Origin: Chloroflexota bacterium
GTDB lineage: Bacteria > Chloroflexota > Anaerolineae > UBA2200
Reading direction: 5' to 3'
DNA: 64,000 nucleotides
Assembly: GCA_030607875.1 (NCBI GenBank)
Contig: JAUWJD010000015.1
Span: 731-64,730, forward strand
In this document: positions 46,488 through 55,659 of the stretch, in pieces
Position numbering within the stretch: the stretch's first letter is position 1
Layout: every line of letters begins with the position of its first letter
Program-made: the position numbers and the translations under genes
Notes under the pieces: model-generated
The model's input: the letters and a program-made list of their open reading frames with translations, nothing else
Told to the model about the DNA's origin: nothing
Database searches by the model: none

Positions 46488-46766
46488 ATGGAATTCACTG
46501 TAGAGTTTTTCGGCCTTCCACGACGCTTGAGTGGAGCCAAAGAGACAACCGTCCAGGTCAAGCTGGAAGCTACCCTGCGCGACGTCGTCAAGGCGCTGGC
46601 AGAGCGGTTTCCGGCTTTCTTGGGCAACCTCGTTGACCCCAAGACCTACGACCTGGAAGAGCCTTATTTCTTCAACATCAATGCACGCTTTGTTCCACGT
46701 AGTTTGGAGCACCACCCCATAGAAGGGGATAGACTATTGTTACTATTCTTGGAGGCAGGAGGCTAA
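46488..46766 (+). CDS. MoaD/ThiS-family ubiquitin-like beta-grasp protein with C-terminal Gly-Gly
   Basis: 92 aa ending ..LLLLFLEAGG*. The MoaD-like pattern (V.FFG.lr...g....v......tl.dv...L) is present. The gene stops 3 nt before aor. TTG 46467 is an alternative start. Confidence 0.7.
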   Translation: MEFTVEFFGLPRRLSGAKETTVQVKLEATLRDVVKALAERFPAFLGNLVDPKTYDLEEPYFFNINARFVPRSLEHHPIEGDRLLLLFLEAGG

Positions 46767-46769
46767 AAC

Positions 46770-48605
46770 ATGTATTGGGGCAAGATTCTGCACATTGACG
46801 TATCAAAACGCAAGTCACGCGTGCAGCGCGTCAGCAAGAAGTGGTTGAAGAAGTACGTCGGCGGTGTGTGCATGGCATCACGGCTGGCCTACGACAACAT
46901 CCCCAAGGGAGCAGATCCGCTGGGGCCTGAGAATGCCGTGTGCTTTGCCAACAGCGCCTTCTCTGGCACTATGGTCCCTGTAGGCACCAAGTACGCGGTT
47001 GCTCACAAATCCCCGCTGACGGGCTTCCTGGGCGATTGCCTGGCCGGCAGCTACTTCGCCGCAGCGTTCAAGCGTGCCGGCTACGACGGCATTGTGATCA
47101 AAGGCAAGTCAGATAGTCCCATCTGGGTCTTTGTCGATGACGACATGGTCTCCTTCGAGGACGCCTCAGACTTGATGGGACTGGAGACCTTTGAGACCGA
47201 GGAGGCCATCCGCGCCAAGGTTGGCGACCAGCGAGTTCGTGTCTGCACCGTCGGGCCAGGCGGTGAGCGACTGGTTCGCTTTGCCAACCTGACCAATGAC
47301 CGAGGCCGCCAGGCGGGACGGACCGGACCTGGTGCGAGCCTGGGCGCCAAGCTGGTCAAGGCCTTGGCCATCCGCGGCACCCACTCCGTCAAAGTAGCCG
47401 ACCCGGAGAACCTGCTCAAGGTGTGTAAGAAGCTGGGCGAGCTGGCCCAGACCACCAAGACGGAGAAATACCGCATCCTGGGCACACCAGCGAATGTGCT
47501 GGCCATGAACCGCCTGGGCGTTCTCCCCACGCGCAACTATCAGAACGGTGAGTTCGAAGGCGCGGAGAAGATCAGCGGTGAGGTCTTGCACGAACGCCAT
47601 ACGGAGAAGGCTGTGGCCTGTGTCGGTTGTCCCATCGGTTGTGAGCAGGTCGCCCGGGTGAGAGAGGGAATCTATGAGGGTGCCAGAACCTCGATCGACT
47701 ACGAATCCCTCTTCGCGCTGGGGCCCAACTGCGGCATCGCCTACCTGCCAGGCATCATCGAAGCGATCCACCGCTGCGACAGGTGGGGCATAGACACTAT
47801 GAGCACTGGCGTGACCATCTCCTGGGCGATGGAGTGCTACCAGCGAGACATCCTCACCAAAGACGACTTTGACGGGTTGGAGCCTGAATGGGGCAACCAC
47901 GAGGCAGTCGTTGAGCTGGTGCGGCGGATTGCCTACCGCGAAGGCATCGGCGACCTGCTCGCTGAAGGCACCAAGCGTGCTGCCGACAAGGTGGGCAAGG
48001 GCTCTGAGCATTTTGCCATGAACGTGAAGGGACTGGAGTGCGCTGGCTACGATGGGCGTGGTTTCCAGACCTTTTCTCTGGGCTGCGCCGTCGGCACGCG
48101 CGGGCCTTGCCACAACCGCTCACTGGCCTACGAGCCAGATGCCAAAGGCAAGGTGGATCGCCTTTCAGCCGGACCAGAACGAGGGATGCTGGCCAAAGAA
48201 GCGGAAGAGTTCGCCGGAGTCTTGGACATCATGATGTTCTGCAAGTTCATCCGTGGCTGTTTCGACGACATGTGGACGGATGCTCCTGAAATCTGGAAAT
48301 ACAGCACGGGGTTCGATATGACCAGCGAGGAATTGCACCAGTTGACTGAGCGATCATGGAACCTGAAAAAGTCCTTCAACATACGCGAAGGTTGGACGAG
48401 GGAGGACGACTGGGTTCCGCCGCGCTGGCTCAAAGACCCCCTGCCTTCAAAGGGTTCGAAGGGAGCCGTCATTAAGCCTGAAGATATGCGCATGATGCTG
48501 GATGCCTACTACGAGGCACGCGAATGGACTCCCGAGGGCCTCATCCCCAAGAAAAAACTGATCGCCCTCGGTCTGGACGACATTGCTGAGGATATAGGAG
48601 TCTAA
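46770..48605 (+). CDS. aor: Aldehyde:ferredoxin oxidoreductase family tungsto/molybdopterin enzyme
   Basis: AOR N-terminal domain (GKILHIDVS..), pterin/FeS motifs NDRGRQAGRTGPGASLGAK, CVGCPIGC, DYESLFALGPNCG and GLECAGYDGRG; 611 aa. Confidence 0.93.
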   Translation: MYWGKILHIDVSKRKSRVQRVSKKWLKKYVGGVCMASRLAYDNIPKGADPLGPENAVCFANSAFSGTMVPVGTKYAVAHKSPLTGFLGDCLAGSYFAAAFKRAGYDGIVIKGKSDSPIWVFVDDDMVSFEDASDLMGLETFETEEAIRAKVGDQRVRVCTVGPGGERLVRFANLTNDRGRQAGRTGPGASLGAKLVKALAIRGTHSVKVADPENLLKVCKKLGELAQTTKTEKYRILGTPANVLAMNRLGVLPTRNYQNGEFEGAEKISGEVLHERHTEKAVACVGCPIGCEQVARVREGIYEGARTSIDYESLFALGPNCGIAYLPGIIEAIHRCDRWGIDTMSTGVTISWAMECYQRDILTKDDFDGLEPEWGNHEAVVELVRRIAYREGIGDLLAEGTKRAADKVGKGSEHFAMNVKGLECAGYDGRGFQTFSLGCAVGTRGPCHNRSLAYEPDAKGKVDRLSAGPERGMLAKEAEEFAGVLDIMMFCKFIRGCFDDMWTDAPEIWKYSTGFDMTSEELHQLTERSWNLKKSFNIREGWTREDDWVPPRWLKDPLPSKGSKGAVIKPEDMRMMLDAYYEAREWTPEGLIPKKKLIALGLDDIAEDIGV

Positions 48606-48607
48606 GA

Positions 48608-49099
48608 ATGGAAAAACAATATGCCCACATCGTTTGCGATCCGGTCAAATGTGTCGGGTGCGGAGACTGCGAACTGATCTGCTCCATGGTCAAACACGGA
48701 GTTTTTGACCCGTCTCTGTCGCTCATTCGCACCGTGCGCATCGAACCCATCGTAATGCTGGCAGTCAACTGTCGGAACTGTGCCGACGCCCCCTGTGTCC
48801 TGTCCTGTCCACGCAACGCGCTCACCCAGGATCCAGAGAAGGGCATCATCCTGGTGGATACGGACCTGTGCGACGGCTGCGGCTGGTGCATCGAGGCCTG
48901 TGAGTTTGGCGCGATCCTGCTCAACCCCAGCACGAAGAGGGTAGAGATATGTGACCTGTGCGCCGAATTCGACGAGCCGCAGTGCGTCGTCTATTGCGAG
49001 AAGGATGCGCTATCTCTGAGCGTGCCAGACGTCATTGCGCAAAAGACCAGGCGTGATGTCGTCAGCAAGTTGCTCCGGGAACTGGTGGCGCCAAGCTAA
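48608..49099 (+). CDS. Multi-[4Fe-4S] electron-transfer subunit (AorA/BamC/HybA-like)
   Basis: Cys clusters CVGCGDCELIC, CRNCADAPCVLSCP, CDGCGWCIEAC and CDLC...CVVYC. It starts 2 nt after the aor stop. Confidence 0.85.
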   Translation: MEKQYAHIVCDPVKCVGCGDCELICSMVKHGVFDPSLSLIRTVRIEPIVMLAVNCRNCADAPCVLSCPRNALTQDPEKGIILVDTDLCDGCGWCIEACEFGAILLNPSTKRVEICDLCAEFDEPQCVVYCEKDALSLSVPDVIAQKTRRDVVSKLLRELVAPS

Positions 49100-49119
49100 G
49101 CAACAGTAGGAGTGGAACA

Positions 49120-49154
49120 ATGGCGGATGAGGCGCATCCCGCCTCATCCGCCAT
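49120..49154 (+). other. Perfect 15-bp intercistronic hairpin between the Fe-S gene and hdrA
   Basis: aaTGGCGGATGAGGCG catcc CGCCTCATCCGCCAtt-like palindrome (49120-49154) with no U-tract. Confidence 0.7.
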
Positions 49155-49205
49155 GTCCTGTAGAAAGGCATACACATGCCTACAACGTCTACGCAGGAGA
49201 AGTAC

Positions 49206-51674
49206 ATGAGCGAAAACGATGATCTGAGGATTGGAGTCTATGTCTGCCACTGTGGCTCCAACATCGAAGGTGTCATTGACACCAAGGCAGTAGCGGAGTA
49301 TGCATCCACGTTGCCAGGTGTGGCTTGGGCCACAGATTCTCTGTACTGCTGTGCTGACTCGGGTCAGAACGAGATCGAACAGGACATTAACGAACACAAC
49401 TTGAACCGTGTGGTGGTGGCAGCCTGTTCCGTGCGCCTGCATGAGCCTACCTTTCGAGCTTGCGTATCGAGGGCCGGCATGAATCCCTTCCTGTTCGAGA
49501 TGGCCAATATCCGCGAACAGGACACGTGGGTGCACTCACACGAGCCAGAAGCCGCCCAGGAGAAGGCAAAAGACCTGATCGCTGCTGCAGTAGCAAAGGC
49601 CCGTTTTCTAACGCCGTTGGACATGATCGAGGTGCCGGTGACCAAGGCAGCGATGGTGATCGGCGGCGGCATCGCCGGAATTAGCGCGGCACTCGACCTG
49701 GCTGACATGGGCATCAAGACCTACCTCGTAGAAAAGGAGCCCAGCATCGGGGGAAGGATGGCACAACTGAACAAGACCTTCCCTACGATGGACTGTAGCA
49801 TCTGAATACTTGCCCCCAAGATGGTTGACGCGTCGCGTCACCCCAACATCGAACTCCTCACCTACACCGAGGTGAAGAGAGTCGAAGGTTTTGTCGGCAA
49901 CTTTAAGGTCTTGGTGGAGCAAAAGCCCCGCTACGTGATCACAGATCACTGCAATGGTTGTGGCGACTGTGCACCGGTATGCCCCATCGAGGTGCCCAAC
50001 GAGTTTGAAGAAGGGATTGCCCCGCGCAAGGCGATCTATATCCCGCACAGCCAGGCCGTACCACTGGTATATACCATCGACCTCGACAACTGCATCAAGT
50101 GCTACAAATGCGTCGATGCCTGCGGCAAGCTGGACGCCATTGACTTTGGCCAGCAGCCCCAGCAAAAGTGGCTGGATGTCGGGAGCCTCATCGTCGCCAC
50201 TGGCTTTGATAGCTTCGATCCTTCTGAGATAACAGAATACGGCTACGGCCGCTACGAAAACGTCATCACCACGCTGGAACTGGAGCGCATCAACAACACG
50301 GCCGGGCCCACCACTGGTCAGATTATGCGGCCCTCGGACAAGAAGATGCCTCAGAGCGTGGCCTTTATCCAGTGCGTCGGCTCCCGCGACGAGCGCTACA
50401 ACATCTACTGTTCTGGCTTCTGCTGCATGTATACCATCAAGAACGCCCTGCAGTGGAAGCAGACCCACCCCGATAGCGACGTTACCATCTTCTACATGGA
50501 CATCCGCACGCCGTCCAAAGGCTATGAGGAGTTCTACCGGCGGGCGCGTGAGATGGGCATTCGTTTCATCCAGGGACGTCCATCCATCATCACCGAGGAT
50601 CCCAACAGCGGCAATCTGTTCATCCAGGCCGAGGATGTTGGTCTGGGCCAAGTAATCGAACTCGAGTCCGAGTTGGTGGTGCTCTCCACAGCAGCTGTGC
50701 CGCGCGCCGATACTGACGAAATGGGCTCTGTCCTGAACATCAGCCGCAGCCCAAGCGGGTTCTTCATGGAATACCATCCCAAGCTGCGGCCCGTGGACTC
50801 GCCCACAGACGGCATCTTCCTGGCAGGCGCCGCCCAGGGCCCCAAGGACATTCCGGCCAGTGTGGCACAGGGCAGTGGCGCAGCCTCGCGTGCGACGCGC
50901 ATCCTCAACTCCGACACCTGGGAGATTGAGCCCATCATAGCCCACGTCTGGGAGGATCGCTGCATTTCAGCCAAGGGCAAAAAGTGCGGCATCTGTGCGA
51001 CCAAATGCCCGTACAATGCCATCATCGTGGAGCAGGGCAAGGCGGCAGAGATAACCCCGGCCAAATGCCACGGCTGCGGCGCCTGTGTGGCCGAGTGCCC
51101 GCACAACGCCATCACCCAGTTGCATTTCACTGATGCCCAGATCATTGCCCAGTTGCACGCACTGCTGGCTCACGAGCCAGAGAAAAAGATCCTGGCCTTT
51201 ATGTGCCACTGGTGCAGCTACGGCGGTGCAGACAACGCCGGAACCAGCCACTTTGAGTACCCGGCATCTTCGCGCGGCATCCGCGTGATGTGCTCAGCGC
51301 GCATGGACCAGGACTTTATCTTCGAAGCGTTCCGGCTGGGAGCCGGGATGGTGCTGGTGTCCGGCTGCCACCCCCAGGACTGCCATTACATCAGCGGTCA
51401 GCAAGTAGGCGCAGCACGGTTCGACAAGTTGGCCAAGCGGCTTGAGAAAATGGGCATCTCGCCAGAAAGGTACCGTGTGGAGTGGATCTCGGCGGCAGAA
51501 GGCGCCAAATACGCGCGGGTGATCAAGGAGATGGACGAGACTCTGAAATCACTCGATCCCAAGGCGTTGAAGGAAGAAATTGAAAGGACGCGCCCTGAGT
51601 TTGAGCGACGTCTTCGTCGTTTGCCCGAGATTCCGGATGTGGCTGAAGCTCTTGAAATGACTGTGCCTGCATAG
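49206..51674 (+). CDS. hdrA: Heterodisulfide reductase subunit A-like flavoprotein fused to a C-terminal MvhD domain; selenoprotein (Sec at 49803-49805)
   Basis: Track ORFs 49176-49805 and 49821-51674 are in the same frame, separated only by TGA. Read-through gives [36 protein letters not shown], matching the HdrA motif ..FPT.DCS(M/I)C(I)L.PKM.. where Cys/Sec alternate in known HdrA proteins. N-terminal [13 protein letters not shown] motif [12 protein letters not shown], two ferredoxin inserts, and an MvhD-type tail [31 protein letters not shown] precedes ATG 49206. Confidence 0.9.
49803..49842 (+). other. UGA(Sec) recoding site in hdrA with downstream hairpin (SECIS candidate)
   Basis: tga at 49803-49805. 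The hairpin GG(T)TGACG-cgtcg-CGTCACC at 49823-49842 starts 18 nt after the UGA. Confidence 0.55.
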
Positions 51675-51686
51675 AGAGGTGTCTGC

Positions 51687-52274
51687 GTGCAACGCCTGAA
51701 CCAATTTGATCCAACATTCAAAGACGAAGTCATGGCTGAACCTGGCGGCGAGCACCTGCTGCGCTGTTATTCATGCGGCACGTGCATGGCCACTTGCCTG
51801 GTCCGTCGCCAGTATCCTGACTATAACCCACGCCGCATCATGCACATGGTGATGCTTGGCCTGCGAGACGAGGTGCTGGGCAGCCATGTCATCTGGCGTT
51901 GCTCTGCCTGCGATGATTGCTACGAGCACTGTCCGCAGGGCATCCACATTTCGGACTTATTCAAGGCCTTCCGCAGCATCGCCTTGCGCGAGGGCCGCTC
52001 TCCGCCTGGTCCCACAGCCCGCGTCAACGAGCGTACCTGTGTGGCTTGCGGCCTGTGCGTGGAAGGCTGTCCTTACGACGCGGTGGAACTGGTACAGAAG
52101 CGGGTTCTTGGCCATGAGAAGACCGTTGCTCAGGTGAACGCGGCGCTGTGCATGAGCTGTGGCGTATGCGCTGCTTCCTGCCGCTCGGCTTCCATTGACT
52201 TGGTGGACCATAGCGATGCCATCCTGTTCGAGTGCATGCAACAGGAGCTGCTGGGTGCGGAGGTGGCTGCATGA
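51687..52274 (+). CDS. HdrC-like Fe-S protein fused to a 2x[4Fe-4S] ferredoxin domain
   Basis: CYSCGTCMATC...CSACDDCYEHCP (HdrC/SdhB-like pair), then CVACGLCVEGCP and CMSCGVCAASC. GTG start 12 nt after hdrA. Confidence 0.75.
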   Translation: MQRLNQFDPTFKDEVMAEPGGEHLLRCYSCGTCMATCLVRRQYPDYNPRRIMHMVMLGLRDEVLGSHVIWRCSACDDCYEHCPQGIHISDLFKAFRSIALREGRSPPGPTARVNERTCVACGLCVEGCPYDAVELVQKRVLGHEKTVAQVNAALCMSCGVCAASCRSASIDLVDHSDAILFECMQQELLGAEVAA

Positions 52275-52708
52275 GCAAATGGCAACCCAAGATCGTTGTC
52301 TTTCTCTGCCAATGGGCCCTCAAGTCCGACTCGGAATGGGCCAGACGCCACGAGCTACCGCAAAACGTGCATGTCGTAGAGGTCCCGTGCTCAGGGCGCC
52401 TCAACCCGCTGCTCCTGATGTCGGCACTCCAGCATGGCGCAGATGGCCTGCTTGTCATCGGTTGCGAACCAGGACACTGCCACTACAAGGAGGGCAACTA
52501 CTTGGCACAGCGCAAGTTCGCCACGCTGAAGAGTTTCCTGAAGACACTAGGATTGGAAGAAAGCCGTGTGCGCTTCGCCTGGTTGGGTGAGACAGAGTCC
52601 GGAACGTTCCCCAGCGTAGTTGAGGGCCTGATCAGTGAGGTGCAACGGTTGGGTCCAGCTCATGAGCTGGCTACGCGCGAGACCGTGCCCTGTGTGGTGA
52701 AGGCCTGA
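52271..52708 (+). CDS. mvhD: Stand-alone MvhD/FlxD-like protein (methyl-viologen-reducing hydrogenase delta subunit family)
   Basis: KIVVFLCQWALKSD..VEVPCSGRLNP..GADGLLVIGCEPGHCHY. The ATGA overlaps the upstream stop. The usual second Cys of the F.C.WC motif is Ala here. Confidence 0.75.
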   Translation: MSKWQPKIVVFLCQWALKSDSEWARRHELPQNVHVVEVPCSGRLNPLLLMSALQHGADGLLVIGCEPGHCHYKEGNYLAQRKFATLKSFLKTLGLEESRVRFAWLGETESGTFPSVVEGLISEVQRLGPAHELATRETVPCVVKA

Positions 52709-53676
52709 TGGGAGCAAAAGGACTAATAATGCAGGAACTTGCGGAGGCAATTCGGGAAGAAGGAAAGCGCCTGTTGGAGAGTGGCGAAGTCGACCTGGTA
52801 ATTGGCTTCACAGTAGGGACTCTGCCACTGCGCGCTGCCCCAGTATTTGTCCGCAGAGCAGAGGATGCCGAGCAACTGGTGTGGAACTCGTTCTGCGAGA
52901 ACAACCTGGCCGTCTACCTGCGAGACATCAGGGACAAAAGAATAGCCGTGGTGGCCAAAGGCTGCGACACACGCGCCATCGTTGCCTTGATCAACGAACA
53001 CCAGTTGGACCGGGACAAGATTCACATCATCGGTGTGCCGTGTCACGGCATGGTCGACCGCCGCACCGTGGCGCGTCGGGCTCCGGGCCAAGTCCTCGCT
53101 GTACGCGAGGAAGGTGAGGAAATCGTGGCCGAAGGAGAGAGCTTTTCCATTCGCCTGCCCCGCTCCAAAGCCCTCTACCGCTCTTGTGCAGCTTGCACCC
53201 ACCCCAACCCAGTGATTTACGATATACTTCTGGGAGAAGAGGTAGCGGTGTGGGCCGAGGACCCCTATGCGCATGTCCGCGAAATCGAGCTAAAGCCCGC
53301 CGCCGAACGGGCCGCCTACTTCGCCACCGAAGCACAGAGATGCATACGCTGTTACGCCTGTCGTCAGGCCTGCCCGATGTGCTACTGCGAAGAGTGCTTC
53401 GTCGACCATACGACACCGCGCTGGATCGAATCGGGAGTCACGCCAGCAGGCCTGCAAGGCTGGCAGATCGGCCGTGCCTATCATTTGACGGGACGGTGTG
53501 TGGCTTGCGGAGCTTGCGAACGTTCGTGCCCGATGGAGATCGACCTCGTGTACCTCAACGGCAAGTTACGCAAGGAGGTATGGGAACTCTACGGATTCCA
53601 GACGGGGCTCATTGTGGGAGAACTGCCTCCGCTGGCCGTTTTTCAGCCGGACGAAGGATCGGATTCCACGCCCTAG
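52708..53676 (+). CDS. Fe-S oxidoreductase subunit (FrhB-like N-terminus + 2x[4Fe-4S]; FlxC-like position)
   Basis: VVAKGCDTRAIVAL..IIGVPCHG, then CIRCYACRQACPMCYC and CVACGACERSCP. The start overlaps the mvhD stop (TGATG). Confidence 0.65.
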   Translation: MGAKGLIMQELAEAIREEGKRLLESGEVDLVIGFTVGTLPLRAAPVFVRRAEDAEQLVWNSFCENNLAVYLRDIRDKRIAVVAKGCDTRAIVALINEHQLDRDKIHIIGVPCHGMVDRRTVARRAPGQVLAVREEGEEIVAEGESFSIRLPRSKALYRSCAACTHPNPVIYDILLGEEVAVWAEDPYAHVREIELKPAAERAAYFATEAQRCIRCYACRQACPMCYCEECFVDHTTPRWIESGVTPAGLQGWQIGRAYHLTGRCVACGACERSCPMEIDLVYLNGKLRKEVWELYGFQTGLIVGELPPLAVFQPDEGSDSTP

Positions 53677-53729
53677 TCATGCATGTTTGCAGCCGTTGAC
53701 TTTCCAGCGCGGCCTATGATGGGGTATCG

Positions 53730-54752
53730 ATGACCAAGAAAAGGATCGCCAAAGAACATATCAACGCCTTTCTCGCACGGCTGCTGGAAGATTATATCGT
53801 CTATGCTCCGGCAGAGGAGGCTAACTACGTCACCTTCCGCCAGATCACAGCGCCTGAAGAAGTGGTCTGGGACTGCCTGGTGACACGCAAGCCGCCGAAA
53901 GACGTCGTCTTCCCCCAGACGGAAACGCTTTTCACCTACACCAAAGACGCGGACGTGCTGCGGCTGCAGTCTATGGAAGCGGTCGAAAAGGAGCGCATCC
54001 TGTGGGGCGTGCGGCCATGTGATGCGCAGGCCATGCTCATTCAGGATGCCGTGTTTGACACGCCAGAGGACCGCGACGTCTACTACACCAACAAACGCGA
54101 GAAGACGTGGTTGATCGGCATCGGCTGCAACCAACCGCTGAGCACATGCTTCTGCACCTCGGTAGGAGGAGGGCCCTTCAAGAAGGATGGGATGGATCTC
54201 TTCCTCACAGACATTGGAGAGGCCTATCTGGCAGAAGCCTTGACCGCCAAAGGTAAGAGGCTTTTGCACGGAAGAGGCTTCCGCCGAGCGACGAAAGCAG
54301 ACTTAAAAGCGTCCGATGCTGCAGAGCAGACGGCACTGCAACGCTTGCCAGCACCCATGAGCATGGACATCATCAAGCAGCATCTGGACGGGATGATGGA
54401 CAGTCCCTTCTGGGATGAGATACAAGCCACCTGTCTGGGGTGCGGCATCTGTACACTACTTTGCCCAGTCTGCTACTGCTTCGATATTGTGGACGAGGGC
54501 ACCACGACTTGCGGCCAGCGGGTGCGCAACTGGGATACCTGCCAGTACAGCATCTATACACTAGAAGCATCGGGGCACAACCCTCGGCCCGGCGGGCGGC
54601 AGCGGGTGCGCCAACGGCTGATGCACAAGTTCAACTACCACCTGGTCAACCAAAACCTGGTCGGCTGTGTGGGCTGCGGGCGCTGCGTGCAGTTGTGCCC
54701 TGTGAATATAGATCTCCGCCAACTACTGGCTGAGATTGGAGCGGCTGAATGA
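53730..54752 (+). CDS. Sulfhydrogenase beta / AsrA-like Fe-S subunit (FlxB-like)
   Basis: 340 aa with a C-terminal CLGCGICTLLCPVCYCFD ... CVGCGRCVQLCP, an organisation typical of HydB/AsrA. Confidence 0.7.
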   Translation: MTKKRIAKEHINAFLARLLEDYIVYAPAEEANYVTFRQITAPEEVVWDCLVTRKPPKDVVFPQTETLFTYTKDADVLRLQSMEAVEKERILWGVRPCDAQAMLIQDAVFDTPEDRDVYYTNKREKTWLIGIGCNQPLSTCFCTSVGGGPFKKDGMDLFLTDIGEAYLAEALTAKGKRLLHGRGFRRATKADLKASDAAEQTALQRLPAPMSMDIIKQHLDGMMDSPFWDEIQATCLGCGICTLLCPVCYCFDIVDEGTTTCGQRVRNWDTCQYSIYTLEASGHNPRPGGRQRVRQRLMHKFNYHLVNQNLVGCVGCGRCVQLCPVNIDLRQLLAEIGAAE

Positions 54753-55630
54753 CAACTAGAACCCAGTCACCTAAGATATCCGTCAACTCTGTACCCAATC
54801 CCTACCTGCCGCTTCCAATGCGCATCGAGCGCATACACGTTGAGACCGATGACGAAATGCTCAAGACGTTCGATCTTGCTTTTGCCCGGGAGGAGGACGC
54901 CGCTGGTTTTGATTTCCGGCCCGGCCAGTTCTGCGAGATTTCGGTGTTCGGCAAAGGGGAAGCGCCTTTCGGCATCGCGTCATCCCCCACTGAGACAGGG
55001 CCTCTGAGATTCACGGTGAACAAGGTTGGTGTAGTGACCACAGCTCTGCACAACATGAACGAGGGGGAGCTTGTTGGCCTGCGCGGGCCGCTAGGAAACG
55101 GTTATCCTCTGGAGCAATTTGAAGGGCACAACGTTGTGATTGTCGGTGGCGGCTTTGCCTTCACGACGTTGCGTTCATTGACCCACTACCTGTTGGATCC
55201 AGGCAATCGCTCGCGATTCGGGGAGATCATCATCATCTATGGAGCTCGGCGGCCCGGCCTGCTGCTGTACAAGGAAGACCTGGCAGCATGGGAGCGCCGC
55301 GAAGACATCAGTGTGCACCTGACGATTGACAGAGAAGCACCCGGGTGGACAAAGCACGTAGGTTTTGTGCCAGACGTAGTAGAGAGGGTCGCGCCAAGTG
55401 CCGAGAGCACCTATGCAGTGATCGTCGGCCCGCCAGTCATGATCCGTTTCACACTGCCCAAGCTCAGGGCACTCGGCTTTCCACCCGAGCAAGTTTTTTC
55501 GTCTTTGGAGCGGCGTATGAAATGTGGCATAGGCAAGTGTGGACGCTGCAACATCGGCCCCTACTATGTCTGCAAAGATGGCCCTGTTTTCAGCCTTGCT
55601 CAACTGGAAAGCTTGCCTCAAGAATACTAG
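54749..55630 (+). CDS. FAD/NAD(P)H-binding [2Fe-2S] subunit (sulfhydrogenase gamma / AsrB / PyrK-like; FlxA-like)
   Basis: FNR-like fold (FRPGQFCEISVFG..PFGIAS, VVIVGGGFAFTTL) and C-terminal MKCGIGKCGRCNIGPYYVCKDGPVF. ATGA overlap with the upstream gene. Confidence 0.8.
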   Translation: MTTRTQSPKISVNSVPNPYLPLPMRIERIHVETDDEMLKTFDLAFAREEDAAGFDFRPGQFCEISVFGKGEAPFGIASSPTETGPLRFTVNKVGVVTTALHNMNEGELVGLRGPLGNGYPLEQFEGHNVVIVGGGFAFTTLRSLTHYLLDPGNRSRFGEIIIIYGARRPGLLLYKEDLAAWERREDISVHLTIDREAPGWTKHVGFVPDVVERVAPSAESTYAVIVGPPVMIRFTLPKLRALGFPPEQVFSSLERRMKCGIGKCGRCNIGPYYVCKDGPVFSLAQLESLPQEY

Positions 55631-55659
55631 GGACACGTCACCACATTCCGGAGGAAGAC

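Noticed and set aside
47166-50945. Minus-strand ORFs of 315 aa (47166-48113) and 445 aa (49608-50945).
   Set aside because: They are antisense to aor and hdrA. Composition is Arg/Gly/Ala-rich with no recognisable domains.
55345-55659. 5' extension of the polyferredoxin ORF (track start 55345).
   Set aside because: It overlaps the HydG/AsrB-like gene in another frame. GGAGGA+ATG at 55660 gives a normal start 29 nt after the upstream stop.
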